Below are positions 41,956 to 57,090 of a DNA stretch of 64,000 bases, piece after piece. Below the pieces are notes generated by a model that saw nothing but the letters and a program-made list of their open reading frames with translations, searched no databases and had not been told where the DNA came from. Position 1 is the stretch's first letter. Each line of letters opens with the position of its first letter. The stretch is taken from assembly GCA_951406725.2 (NCBI GenBank), contig OX597826.1:68262001-68326000 (forward strand). The letters are read 5' to 3'. Made by a program: the position numbers and the translations under genes. Origin of the DNA: Octopus vulgaris (lineage: Eukaryota).

Positions 41956-42050
41956 TTACACACACACACACACACACACATACAAACACACACACATATA
42001 ATAATATATATACATAATGGTATATATATATAAATATATATAAATAATAC

Positions 42051-42106
<56 letters not shown>

Positions 42107-42162
42107 TGATATCTGCATGAAGGTATATACATGCATATACATACATATATATATATATATAT

Positions 42163-42233
<71 letters not shown>

Positions 42234-42888
42234 TGCATATACATACATACTTACACAAACATATATTATATAATGGTAACTATATAAAGGTATATACGTA
42301 CATATATGTAACGTTATATATATATATATACGCCGATTGTATGTATAAAGCTCAGCCTGTCTGCATTCAGCTAGAGTAATTGAACTTAATGAACATAGAT
42401 CTTAATGTTTTCCTTATCTATAAGACTTTGCTAGCAGACATGCCGTTTGAAAGCGCTTCAAGACCAGCGGAATCGTCATTCACTACACTCACTTCGAACA
42501 GAACTTCATCTCACAGACAATGTTTGAAGATGGCAGAACAAAACATATGTGTGAATTTGACCTCACAACACAGGAGATCATACCTTGCTAATATGATATA
42601 TATCCAATCATTTCAGTTGTACTAACTTCGTTATTTGATCTTCTGCGAAATGGAAGAAATTTGTAATATCCTAGAAGAAGGTCTGCTGGAATTCAAAGTA
42701 ATATTTATTGCAATTGCCGTTTGATCTTCGATTATTGATAATGGTCGGATGACTGAAGATTGATGTAGGAATAACTTACGCTTAGAACAATAGATAATTC
42801 AGTAGACATCCTTGTCCAGTTCACTTCGCTAATCAGGATTATTAACTATGCATAATACATACTCACATACATGCAAGTATTAACATAC

Positions 42889-42997
<109 letters not shown>

Positions 42998-44139
42998 GAG
43001 AGACAGACATATGTGTATATACATTTATATGTATACATACACAAACTCAACATACATGGACGCATACAGACAATCACCGACACAGACACAGATACACATT
43101 CACAAACACATGTGTATGTACGAGTTTACGCACTTATATATATATGTATATATATATATGACCGCGAGCGTGTGTATTTTCACCGGCACTTATACACATA
43201 TATATTCATAATGCATTCATATTCATATATTTCAAAGTAATTGAGAAACTACAAACATATAATTTAAGCATAAAGACACGATAACAGAACCAAAGGTTTT
43301 ACCCTTGTAAATTATTTATTTCAAAAGTTTCATCTTATAAATCCTATTCATAATTAGAATTGTGTAGAATATTGTCCCATGGTGTACAGTTACATCCTCG
43401 GCAGAGAAGGGATATGTTCGAATATGTAAAGTAATATTAAACATTTGCATCGCCAACCTTTAGCTCAACTATTTAATGGTGGCTTTGCGGCGCTTTTGAG
43501 AATTGTTATTATCTGGTGGACTCCATGTTTCCCTATGCCTGACGACCACTGCTTATTTCTCCCGGATTAGAGGCAGAAAAGTGGAAAGAGGAGAAAGAGA
43601 AGAATTGACCCAGTACAAGAAAAAGAGAAAGCGTAAAGATAAAGTCAACCTTGGTGAGATTTGAACCTAGGGGATAGAGAGCTAGAATGATTATCCTAAA
43701 GCAATATATCAGATTGTTATCGGATACATTCCTTTGTGTCGTATTGTGGGTAAGCATGCTTAACGCGAATTGTAGCTTTGATAACTCTATTCCAGCGTTC
43801 CTCTTTGGGTCTTTAATGCTACTTTAATGATGTATTCATGACATTTCTCGATTTTATTGAAACGAAAACAGGTTTGGATATATGTTCACAAGGAGATAGA
43901 TAATGCATTACAATGGTGGTACATCAAATAATCTCACAAGTTTATTTCTGCTAGTACAGGTGGTTAGGGTTTATAAAATGTAACAAACAATCTGGAGCTT
44001 GCCGGGAGAGATTTCTTCAGAGAGGGCCCAGGATGAACCAGTTTAATATCTATTGTTTCCCTACAGATAGCGACGTCCTTTGTAGTAGTCACCTTATTTG
44101 CCACATGCAGTAGCTTCAATCAACCACTATTTATATTGG

Positions 44140-44316
44140 AAGTGTTCGCAACCTTTTTTCATTTGAAATATTCCTTTCAAAATTCGGCGGCACATCTGAA
44201 TTAAAAAATATAACTAAAAGTATAGGGAAAATATTACATTTAAGTTACGCCGAGGAACACCTAGCATCGTCGGGTGGCGCACCGGGGTGCTTCAGAATAA
44301 CCGTTGCACAAAAATG
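44140..44316. mobile_element. Possible decayed hAT (Charlie-type) MITE
   Basis: agtgttcgcaaccttttt...gcggcacatct...ggcgcaccggggtgc...ccgttgcacaaaaatg resembles CAGTG..CAACC TIRs and GCGGCACAC subterminal motifs. Confidence 0.4.
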
Positions 44317-45550
44317 GACTATTGCACAAATATGTTAACAATGTAAACATTATAGGTTAGCATTACTACCCAGTAGTTTGCAGACATTTTAGACAAGCTT
44401 TTTGAAGCCTTGATGTTGGCGAATCTGTTCACTACTTAGTCACAGCTGAGATTTATATGGCCAACTTCATTTGGTACGTAGTCGACATCAGACCCGTCTA
44501 CAAGTATATGAACTGAAAATGCACTAATATATCCCTGAAAATAAGTTTCCAGTGAAAATTATTGGTAATTGACGCCTCTGATTTTCAGATAAAAATCCAG
44601 CTGAGGGCAAATTCCATTGCTGTAGGGAAGTTCTGATGTTATGGAACTTATAATATGTGCAGTCTCTGTCCTCAAGATATGAAGTGTGTATGGCCATGTC
44701 ATGCACTTATTTACAGACGAATGCGTAATAATAGCAGTCTATTTGGAGATGTAACCACCGAAACAAGATATATATTGGACACAACAACGGATAGCAGTTG
44801 GTGGTGGATATCTGGGTAGGTACTTTTAGATATTCACCATGTACTGTCTTTCTCTTAAGCCCTAGGATTTCATTAAACAATGAAGTAGACAGGTTAAAGT
44901 CTGGGAGAACTTGTAAGAATGTGTTGAAACAGATCGCACACAGATATACATGCACGCACACACGCATATACACGTTATAAACACATACACAGATTACAAA
45001 TCTCATGTTAAGTTATTATTAAGAAAGATTATTTTTAATGGATTTTCATTCGTCAACGATTCTAAATTTGATGTAGAAAACGCACATGATATTTTTTAAA
45101 AAGATATAACACAATGATATTATAGATCTTAATTCTAACGGACAAGAGTGGGTGGGTAGCTTGATGTAATCAATTAGATTAATTATCGCCAATTTAAAAG
45201 ATGTAGATACTATTTTCTTTAGCTAGTGTACGGTAGTGGCCTATAAGCTTTAAGCTTATAGTTACTAGTATTTATCTTCAAAACACAAACGGAAAAGTTT
45301 ATACTCTTCGGTAGAGGTAACAGTCCATTTAATTGGTCCCAGTATCGTGTTAATGATTATGTTATTTCTCATCAAAAGAAAGAATTAACGGAGAAAGGAC
45401 CCAGATCGTACAGATACGAATATGAACACAAGGAAATATTTTGTTCGACGCACTTTTAACTTTAACACTCCACGACCTACATCACACATTTCGATGATAT
45501 ACGGAATATCTTTGAATTAAATGCATAATTAAATTTATTGTTTATGACCG

Positions 45551-45655
45551 TAAATATTTCAGTCTTAAATTTCAGCCATAAATATTTCAGTCTTAAATTT
45601 CAGTCTTAAATACTTCAGTCTTAAATTTCAGTCTTAAATACTTCAGTCTTAAATT
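45551..45655. repeat. Higher-order minisatellite (15+13 bp = 28-bp unit)
   Basis: Alternating taaata(t/c)ttcagtct and taaatttcagtct. Confidence 0.9.
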
Positions 45656-45865
45656 GACGATAGTATGCATACGAAGAAAAGTATATGTAAAATATATGAA
45701 TTTAAAGTTTTATTGGGGATATTTCAGGAATACATAAATATATGTATATAGGTATGTCTAAAATTATCTATAAACAATATATATATATACATACACACAC
45801 ATATATATATGTATATGGCGGTGACCCAGCACTGCCACAGCTCGTGAGCTGAAACTAGATATAAA

Positions 45866-45903
<38 letters not shown>

Positions 45904-45996
45904 GTGTGTGTATCTATATGTATCTGTCTATCTATCAACCTATCACCCTCTACATCGATCTAATCATATATACATTTATGTATATTGATACACACA

Positions 45997-46032
<36 letters not shown>

Positions 46033-46781
46033 TATAGGTACTCACGCATACACTTATATACACGTACATGCATGCATAATGGCAAGGCGTATCATCATTA
46101 GTAGTAGAATTCTTTGAAGTGCTTCTCTAAGAATCTCGGTTTTCTCATTATTGAAAGACATGAAGTTGGGATGCAGCGGTTGAGAAATATTTACACATCA
46201 AAATACGATTAGTTATAGAAAATGAAATGGTTGTGAATCCTTTGAAAATGTGGCCTTCAATTCTCTATTCTTACGTTCAACTACTACAATGGATATCTTG
46301 TTATTCATACAAACCACATGATTGTGTCATGAAGTATTATCTTCGTAAAACATACAGAAGCAAGAATGGTGGCTATTGTTAACGAAGTTTTAATGTTAAT
46401 GTGTAATTGAATTCCTTTTAAATATATGACCATATTTCAAGCTATATAAAATCCATTATGTGGAAATAAATTATTTTAGTCAGCTGGTAGCTAAAAATTC
46501 TCGAATAACTTTCGGAGAATATCTCGAAGAATACACCAATTCCGATATTTATTGAAAATTATGAAAGTAATGAAGTCACTTTTCTCGGTGATACGAAGAA
46601 CATCCCCTTCTACAGCCATTAATGGAGAGATAGATACATGCATAATTAACAATGCAGCAATTAATTTTATAATTATGAATATTAATCCTTTTAAACTACG
46701 AAAATATTTAACTTACGATGTGCCTGATATGTGTGTGTGTGTATTGTATGTAAGTATGTATGTATATATAAATGTATACCC

Positions 46782-46835
<54 letters not shown>

Positions 46836-46844
46836 CTGTCTGTC

Positions 46845-46950
<106 letters not shown>

Positions 46951-46962
46951 TTCTATCTGTCT

Positions 46963-47330
46963 GCTTAGCGATATGTTGTCTGTGTTTACGTTCTGAGTCA
47001 AATTCCGCCGAGTCGACTTTGCCTTTCATCCTTTCGGGGAAGATAAATTCAGTACCAGTTGCGTACTGGTGTCGATCAAATCGGCTGGCTCTCTCCCCCA
47101 AATTTTGGGCCTTCTGCCTGGAGTAGAAAAAAATATAACTCAAAATCCAGGCGAAATGCTTAGCGGTATTTCGTCAGTCTTTGCGTTCTGGGTTCAAATT
47201 CCACCGAGGTCGACTTTACTTTCACCCGTTCGGGGTCGATAAATTAAGTACCAGTCGTGTACTGGGGTCGATCTAATCGACTGGCTCCCTCCCCCCAAAT
47301 TGCTGGCCTTGTGCTTAGAGTAGAAAAAAA
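46963..47330 (+). mobile_element. Two tandem SINE family A (tail type 2) copies
   Basis: The core occurs twice, each ending ccccaaatt...ggcctt.tgc.t.gagtagaaaaa. Confidence 0.85.
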
Positions 47331-48451
47331 AGCGCTCTGGAGAAGAATCTGACGTATTCATTCTACTCTGGTTCGTTTATACCGGTTATGTAAGCAGCAC
47401 AATTGTTGATGCAACACATACTCGTCTTAAATATATTTCTATTAAATGCTTCTGATATCTATAGTCCATACTGAATCTGTTATTTATGGGAATTAGTGAG
47501 GTATTTGCATTGATATTTGAAAGCCTTTTGTTATGTTACATACGGAACAAGTAAAAGGTTTGATACAAGTGCAGCTCATTTTAAATTAAGTTCTTATAGT
47601 ATCTACAGGAAAGTGATTATATACAATGCGTAGGAAAAATATGACAGGAATGGAACAATCATTTAAAGTAAATGGAAGATTACACTATGTAGTATTTCGT
47701 TTCGCTTTTTGCGCTCATGGGTATTAACGGTGTTATCTATGTAAAGTGCACGGTATTTAAAGCCACTGCTTTCTTGTATAATTGGAAATGATACTAAATA
47801 GAGCTAAAAAAAATACACATTTAGAGGCACATATAGACATATATTTACTACACTGACACGTATATACAAAAATGAGTGCTTACATACTTATATAGTTACA
47901 TACTTATACACATACTTATACACAAACAAGCATATACTCATACGCATACACAAATGCATATATGGGTGAATAGACGGCAAAGTTAATGTTGACCATATGT
48001 AAATTGTGTTCTGAGTATATAACAGATTGCTTTACATTTCTCAAAATCTCGTAGGCACACATACTGCACGGTATCTCTTGATCAACATGTGTAGATGTCA
48101 AGAAAGGATTAATCACAAGACCTCACAGGTCGTATGTAAGATACTTCTTGGTGCGTTTCAGTTTCTGATATGGCACATATACATGACGACAGGTGCACCT
48201 AGGAATAAGAATCTATGAAAATACGATGATACATTAAAAGAAAATACGAGACACAGAGATACATATGCGTGTACATACATAATTGCATATATATCTCTCT
48301 CTACACACACACAAACACACACACGGATGTATTATATATGTATATATATACATATATATATGTATATATATATACATATATATATGTATATACAAATATA
48401 TCACAGCATATAATCAGATTTATACTCCTCATTTATATATGATTTAATTAT

Positions 48452-48466
48452 TGATATTTACATACA

Positions 48467-48511
<45 letters not shown>

Positions 48512-48528
48512 CCTGATATTTACATACA

Positions 48529-48566
<38 letters not shown>

Positions 48567-48578
48567 TATTTACATACA

Positions 48579-48622
<44 letters not shown>
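48452..48622. repeat. 3x tgatatttacatacatgca + (TA)n compound tandem repeat
   Basis: Identical 19-bp core at 48452, 48514 and 48564, separated by TA runs of variable length. Confidence 0.9.
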
Positions 48623-48637
<15 letters not shown>

Positions 48638-48808
48638 GCACCTATATATATAAGTATACATATATATATACACACATGTCTATATACCTAAGCCTGTTCA
48701 TATTTATATATACGTCTATATATATATATCTGTACATATATATACATATATTAATATTATATATATATATGATATATGCGCGTGATTTAAGTATATATAA
48801 TCTATGTA

Positions 48809-48852
<44 letters not shown>

Positions 48853-48879
48853 TGAATATATATATGTTTATGTATATAA

Positions 48880-48924
<45 letters not shown>

Positions 48925-48984
48925 CTTATATATATATTTATATATATACAACTAAATATATATTATATATAAATATATATCTAT

Positions 48985-49065
<81 letters not shown>

Positions 49066-49956
49066 TGTATGTTTTTATCTACGTAGTACTAATAGATATG
49101 TGTGTTTAATATAATTTCCATAATGACAACTTCGGTGATCCTGTAATTTTAAACTAATGATTATATGTTACAATCAATTGACAACCAATTATTATGTAAC
49201 TCTTGAATAATATTCGAAATACCTTATTGTTTCTTTGATGTTTATATAATATTGTTTCTATATTTTACATGTTTATTTAACAATTAAGCCGCAAGACTTG
49301 ATATTCATTTTTAATAAACATAAGTGGTGTATTTAACATTTTCTCTAATTCTGTGATTTGAAAAATCCGCTTGTTACTATATTTGTATTTTTAAATTTTG
49401 GTATTTTTGTATTTGCACAATATTTTTTTGTGAAAGGCAATTTTGTGCATGTGCTTTTCATGCATTGGTGCATGTCAACAGAGCAGCATATATATATGTA
49501 TATATACACTCATGCAGCAGCCAGTTTAGAAATATGCATTCATGTGCACATTTGTTTAATTGTGTGAGAATATGCTGACGTAGGTGAGCGTGCACCATGT
49601 GCAATTTAATTTGCGCGGAAGTCTGTGTGCATGGTATGCGCCTGAGTAAGCGTATGCACATGAGAACAGATGTATGTGTTTTAATATGTGTGCATATATG
49701 TACAACTTTATTTATTTACACATAAGTGCGTGCGTGTGTATTTATGTATGTACGAGTTTGTGTGCATGTTTAGACATTTTATACTAATGAATATACATAT
49801 GTATATATATATATATAAATATATATATATATATTCATGCATGCATGGAAACATATATATATATACATATATATATGTATATATGTATGTATGCATGAGT
49901 GTATGTGTGTATGTATGTATGCATGTATGTATATGTATATATATATATATATATAA

Positions 49957-50004
<48 letters not shown>

Positions 50005-50898
50005 GTATACATATATATATTATAAACGTAACCTGCACATTCAATCTTTTATGCACCCAAGTTCACAATCTCATACTTCCTGGCAAGTACTCACGCATGG
50101 TGTTCACACGTACATGGTACATGAGTATATATATATATATATATATATTATACGTATATATACATATAATTATACATAAATAGGTATATGCATATATATA
50201 TATTTATATATATATATATATTTATATATGTAATGGTTCCATAAGTCTACGTCTATTCATTGACATGTATGTATATATATATACAAGCTGACATTTTTGT
50301 GGCTTATTAAAACTTAATTACATTATATGAATGCATACATTTGTGTGTGTGCGTTTGCATGTGCATAAGTGCGTGCGAGTGTATTTACGTATGTGTCTGT
50401 GTGTGTATGTGTGTTTACACATTTTTATGCATATGTCTATTTCAGTTCATTCATGCACACACGCGCTTGCATGATTACACATACACACACACACACATGG
50501 GCCTTTATACCAAAGCATTTCTATGCGTGGACACATAATGTGCATGAACTCCATACAAAAAATGCATAATGCAGTAAAAAGAAAAGTTCAAACGTATCCA
50601 AATGGAAATATGCGAAAGCTTAAATTAGAAAATTGCACAAATATTTGAATACATCAAATGCAATGATATATGGATATGGAACTGCTTGAGCGCTTAATAA
50701 ATATATAAATATGAAAAAATATATACATGTGAATTGTATAAATATCATGCAATGACTAAAGAAGTAAAAATAAATATTTAATAATTATTTAAGAATTAGT
50801 TGACAATTGGCTAATTCCTGTATCAATTAGCTGAAAATTATAAAGTTACAAAAATCAGAAAATATGGAGAAGCCGTGTTATAAATACATACATGCATT

Positions 50899-51001
<103 letters not shown>

Positions 51002-51254
51002 TACTTACATACAGAAACCCAAATACAATTTTTTGGCATACTCACATACATGCGTATTTAAACACAAACACACGCACATGTATACATGCATACAGTAATG
51101 TTATAAATGCATACATTATCTCACAGAGAGAAACAAATGTATGTATATACATCGAGACCGAAATGCAGCTAGGAGACAAATGGCGAATATTTACACCTTT
51201 GCCTAATCGTGAATATTTCTTCAGGGTTAAATGATGTAAAATGGTATTTAGAAA

Positions 51255-51486
51255 AGGCGGCGAGCTGGCAGAAACGCTAGCACGCTGGACGAAATGCGTA
51301 GCCGTATTTCGTCTGTTGTTACGTTCTGAGTTCAAATTCCGCCGAGGTCGACTTTGCCTTTCATCCTTTCGGGGTCGATAAATTAAGTACCATTTACGCA
51401 CTGTGGTCAATGTAATCGACTTAATACCTACGTTTGTCCTTGTTTGTCCCATCTGTGTTTAGCCCCTTGTGGGTAATAAAGAAATA
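51255..51486 (+). mobile_element. Full-length SINE family A (tail type 1) with 12-bp TSD GGTATTTAGAAA
   Basis: ggtatttagaaa at 51243-51254 and 51487-51498 flanks aggcggcgagctggcagaa...gggtaataaagaaata. Confidence 0.93.
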
Positions 51487-51704
51487 GGTATTTAGAAATA
51501 AACATATGCCACTAAGAGATGTTTATTAGTATAAAATTTGTTTTAGTTTTTAACACCATCTTACTTTTTAATACCATATTCTTCAGACAACACATAACTG
51601 ATTTATTATACAGCTACGACTTTCTAATCAGCTCAGGGTTATCTGTCGTTTGTATCCTCTACTAAAGATGGCAAAACAAGCCAGGAATGCCAACAGAAGG
51701 TGCC

Positions 51705-52445
51705 ATTGAGCTGGAAATTGTATTTCTTTTATCCTTTTACTTGTTTCAGTTGTTTGACTGCGGACATGCTGAAGCACTGCCTTTAGTCGAACCAATTGTT
51801 CCCAGGACCTATTCTTTGTAAGTCTAGTACTTACACTGCAGCCATGCTGAAGAACTGCCTTTGGTCGAACAAATTCTCACCAGGACCTATTCTTTGTAAG
51901 CCTAGTACTTATACTATCGGTCTCTTTTGCCGAACCATTAGATTAAGGGGATGTAAGCACAAAACATCGGTTGTCAAGTGATGGTGGAGGAGAAAGCACC
52001 GACACACACACACACACACACATACACACACATACACACATTGAGCTGGAAATTGTATTTCTTTTATCCTTTTACTTGTTTCAATTGTTTGACTGCGGCC
52101 ATGCTGAAGTGCGAGTGAACCCGGAATCATATAGTTGAGAAGCAAGCGTCTTACCACACAGCCAATCTTGCACTTATAACTTAAGACTTCATTCATACGT
52201 GGGAACTTTTTCTCCACACAAAATGGGCTTCTTTCAGTGTCAGTCAAACAAGGACAGACAAACGGATTAAGTCGATTACATCGACCCCAGTGCGTAACTG
52301 GTACTTAATTTATCGACCCCGGAAGGATGAAAGGCAAAGTCGACCTCGGCGGAATCATATGGTTGAGAAGCAAGCGTCTTACCACACAGCCAATCTTGCA
52401 CCTATATCTTACGACTTCATTCATACGTGGGAACTTTTTCCCTAC
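51705..52445 (-). mobile_element. Rearranged SINE B / SINE A fragments with local duplications
   Basis: SINE B tail and head pieces are duplicated (51705/52040 and 52122/52350), with a SINE A fragment at 52246-52354. Confidence 0.75.
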
Positions 52446-53894
52446 AGTATACTGACTGCCCGTAGAAGACAAAATATGTTCACAAACATATTTGAAATAA
52501 AGCATGGAAATATGTGTGTATATAGTGCATAACACCATTCCAGTGGGCATTACATCTTCCGTCTATCATCTGTGCCACCTTCAATTACAATATTGCTGTT
52601 CTTATACCAAAATCTCAACCTTTAAGGCGGGGAGCTGGCAGAACCTTCAGCACGTTCACACACAATGTTTTACTGACTTATATCCCGACTCCTTACATCT
52701 TTAAGTTCAAAATCTGCCAATGTCCGAGATTGCGATGTTAGTTCTTTTCTTACTTTTTTGCAAACATGCGTGCCTTAAAAAATTGACTTAGTTATCGGGA
52801 TGTGAATTTGCATTATTTTGTACCAGTGTTTGCAGTAGGAAGTTGCAAAATGGCAGAGATAATGATCGGTTATGGGGAAAAAATTCACGTTATATATTAG
52901 GAACTTTATTTATGTTATCATGTTCATCCTGCTCTTATCGGTCGTATGAAGTGTTAATGAACTGCAAAGATTGTTTAAGTGTTAAACAGGGTGTGCAGCG
53001 ACCGGAGTCCATAATTTGCAGGGGGCTAACTTCGCCTATCATCTTTCGAGATCGTTATATTCAGTCAGTTGAGTCTGTGCATTTATGATATATAATTCTT
53101 GAAGATTTATATACAAAAACACGCGAATTACGTAATATTTCCATTATCTTATACATGTTTCTATTATCAGAAGCATTGCTCTCAGAGATGCATTTGCATG
53201 CAGCACCATTAAATAATATGTTTAAAAACTTGAGGCAATAAATATAAAACTCATTTAAATGGCTGAGAGGAAGCTATGTAGATGTCGCATAGCACTCAGC
53301 TCTCAGTGCCGTGTTTTGTGTAGTAGAAACACCCATAAGCTAATGAAAGTCTTTTAGAAACAACTGCGTTCGGTCATCATATAATTAACTGTATGCTCTG
53401 CAACCATCTCATGATTTACTCTGGAGTATATTGAGATTTAAAACCAGTTATTAGACTTGCTGTATGGATAGTATCAGGATATTTCGAGTGCATAGGTATA
53501 CATCTTAACATAGGCTCACGCAATTCTCTATGAGTGTAGACACACACACATGTCTGATCATGTAGCCGTGTGTACACGAGTACGTATGTGCGTCTTAATA
53601 AGTTTCATTATCCGTCTGTCCATCTTTCAAAATTCCATAGGCATGGAATAATGAAAGAATGTAAATAGCTTTATATAAGACAATTCGTATATACATATAT
53701 ACACACAGACGCACACATAAATATTTATATATGTATATACGTATATGTATATATACACATTTGTATGTATTATATATAAATATATACTTATATATATATA
53801 TATATATGCATATATATTGTCTATAAATATATGTGTGCGTGTTTCGACAATAGTAGGATATATCGACAATGGTAGGATGTATATATATGTATAA

Positions 53895-53996
<102 letters not shown>

Positions 53997-54503
53997 TTGT
54001 ATAACCGTATATACCCCCATATATATTATTGTGTATCTATATAAACCTATACGTATAAATATAAATATATACATACATGAATATAAACGTAAGTACACAT
54101 GCACCCAAACATACACGCACAACACACACAGATACATGTACAACGCACACAGACACACGCACACACACAGACACAGAAACACATGTACACACACACACAC
54201 ATATATGAAGTTGTAATACTCAACAGGCATGATTGATATTGTAAATCATCTCAAATCGAGTACAATATGAATATTTATTGTTCAAAGTCCGGGTTACAGA
54301 GCTTCTTCAGATTTTGTCTTTAAGAAGCCATGATTTCAAACCATCATTCAATGCCACTTAATTTCAGCTTTGGACATTCCATCATTTATAAACTTACCAA
54401 ACTGGAAAGATTATAAACTTGAAAGCAAAATTTGAAGAACCACCATAGCATTGCTTAAACCTACATACATATGTGTGTATGCGAATATAGATATAATTAT
54501 ATG

Positions 54504-54534
<31 letters not shown>

Positions 54535-54535
54535 A

Positions 54536-54576
<41 letters not shown>

Positions 54577-54719
54577 GCAGATATATAACTATATACATAT
54601 ATAGGTACATATATACACACAATTACATATACACATATATATACGTATATATGCATATATTTATATGCCTACATGTTCGGGAATATTATATACATACATA
54701 TATATATATATACATACAC

Positions 54720-54755
<36 letters not shown>

Positions 54756-54817
54756 GTATATATGTATAGTATGTATATATATATATATATATATAAATAT
54801 ATATATGTATGCATGTG

Positions 54818-54880
<63 letters not shown>

Positions 54881-55077
54881 ATACATATATATATATAAAT
54901 ATTTAAACGCGTATGTTCTTATACATACACACATACATCATATCGAAACGCGGGGGGGTCTTAGATGTAAGCAATAATATATTTATAAGCGAATGGTGGA
55001 TGCTTTATGTCTATTTCAGCGTGTAGATATGCAATCGAAGGAGTCGGTTTTTCGAAGAATGTGTTTATATAATGTAA

Positions 55078-55146
<69 letters not shown>

Positions 55147-55286
55147 AGACATTATCAGCACATCTTGTCGTGTATATAGTTTTATACATAAAATTGTATA
55201 TAACCATGTGTATATATAAACAGTATTTCCAATCACTTCATGTATGTACTAAAAGTATGCTGACATGATTTGTATAATAAATCGTA

Positions 55287-55324
<38 letters not shown>

Positions 55325-55335
55325 GATAGATAGAC

Positions 55336-55399
<64 letters not shown>

Positions 55400-55911
55400 G
55401 ATATTGATAGATAGGTAGATAGATAGATAGATAGATAGATAATACAGCTACTGGTATGAATTAAAGAAGACTACCGCAAGGCTCAGCCTTGCACTCCATG
55501 TTAACAGCATGCCAGCTTTGTGAGAACAAGTCAGCTTTCGGAATGGAAAACAATACTGCATGCAACGCCAGTGCGTCACGATAAGGTCATATTAAGGACA
55601 AGGTCAGCTGCAGGATTCTTCGATAGGACATGCAACAATGACCTGGAAGTTGGTGTACCATGAGATTACTTTGATTAGTTAAATCCAAATCACCATAACA
55701 TCTTAATCATTTTTATCGCTCAACTCGAGATACGGCCACGCAACGATAAGCTACGACACGCGACAACGCAAGATGCAATACGCGGACTATTTGCCAATGT
55801 ATTTGTAAACCTATCTATTCATCTAATTTATTTTACTCAGATGTATATTCGTGTGTTAAAATAACAAAGGGACATTCCTTATTCCCCCACTAATCAAATT
55901 AAAAGCCGTTG

Positions 55912-56172
55912 TGTCTGGGGAGAGTCATTTTCTTTTTGTACCTTATAATGTAACACACTAACCGGTAAAATTTCCACTTTTTTTCTGATTTTTATTTTCC
56001 TAATATTTTCGCTGAGTCTTGCAACCTTTTCAATACTTTTGACTCTAAACTATTGAAAAGGTTGCAAGACTCAACGAAAATTTTAGGAAAATAAAAATAA
56101 GAAAAAGTGGAAATTTTACCGGTGAGTGTGTTACATTATAAGGCACAAAAAGAAAATGACTCTCCCCAGACA
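55912..56172. repeat. About 260-bp palindrome (arms about 123 bp, 15-bp loop)
   Basis: tgtctggggagagtcattttc...gcaaccttttcaata / tattgaaaaggttgc...gaaaatgactctccccagaca. Confidence 0.97.
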
Positions 56173-56776
56173 TAACAGAATATGCTCCAACATACGAACT
56201 CATATAATGAATCTTGCAAACCAAATCCCAAAACGAAATAAATTATAAACTATTTTTAGCAATAAACTAATAGCATAAACGACGGGTTGGGCATAAAGAC
56301 GGGAACTGAAACGAAAACGGGATCGGACACGGAACAGTGTAATGTTAAACAGGAACTGGGAATAAACTTCGCTTTCCCAATATAACCATCGACTCATTTA
56401 TTTTACTCAGAGGCATATTCGTCTGTTAAAATAATATAGGGACATTCCTTATTCACGCACTAAACCTATTGACAGTTTGTAATACCTATTTTTAACAATA
56501 ATCTATTACCATAAGTGTTACTAATATATTTAATGGCTTAATTACACCTAACTGATTCTCAAATTTATATACTGATACAGGATTGGGTATAGGAATGGGA
56601 GTGGAATTAGAACGGGAAACTAAACCGGGAACGGGATAGGCCATGAAAAAGTGTAGTGGAAACGGGAATTGGAAATAACACCAATATCCAGCTAGCATAT
56701 ATATATACATACATATGCATACAAATATATATATATTTAAAAAAGGAGATGTGGAACACGAGTTGTGATATATAAA

Positions 56777-57090
56777 AAAGGAAATGAAGAAAATGCTGAC
56801 AAAATAATTTAAGTAAGGGAGAGTGTATTTAATTAGGTGAAAGTTCTTTTTACCGGTTGCGCATTTGTTATGCTTATCAAAAGATATTTTTTTAAGAGAG
56901 ATAGAGTTCCTTTCTGGGTAGATTTTTTTCTGTTATCTGATAAGAGAAAAAAATCTATCAGAAAGGAACTCTATCTCTCTTAAAAAGATCTTTTGATAAG
57001 CATAACAAATGCGCAACCGAAAAAGAACTTTCACCTAATTAAATACACTCTCCCTTACTTAAATTATTTTGTCAGCATTTTCTTCATTTC

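Noticed and set aside
48452-48622. CRISPR-like repeat-spacer pattern
   Set aside because: The spacers are pure (TA)n, there are only three repeats, no cas genes are present, and the context is eukaryotic.
54270-54315. CTGAAGAAGCTC (minus) near AATAAA as a hammerhead
   Set aside because: GAAA and stem II cannot be recovered; at most a heavily decayed remnant.
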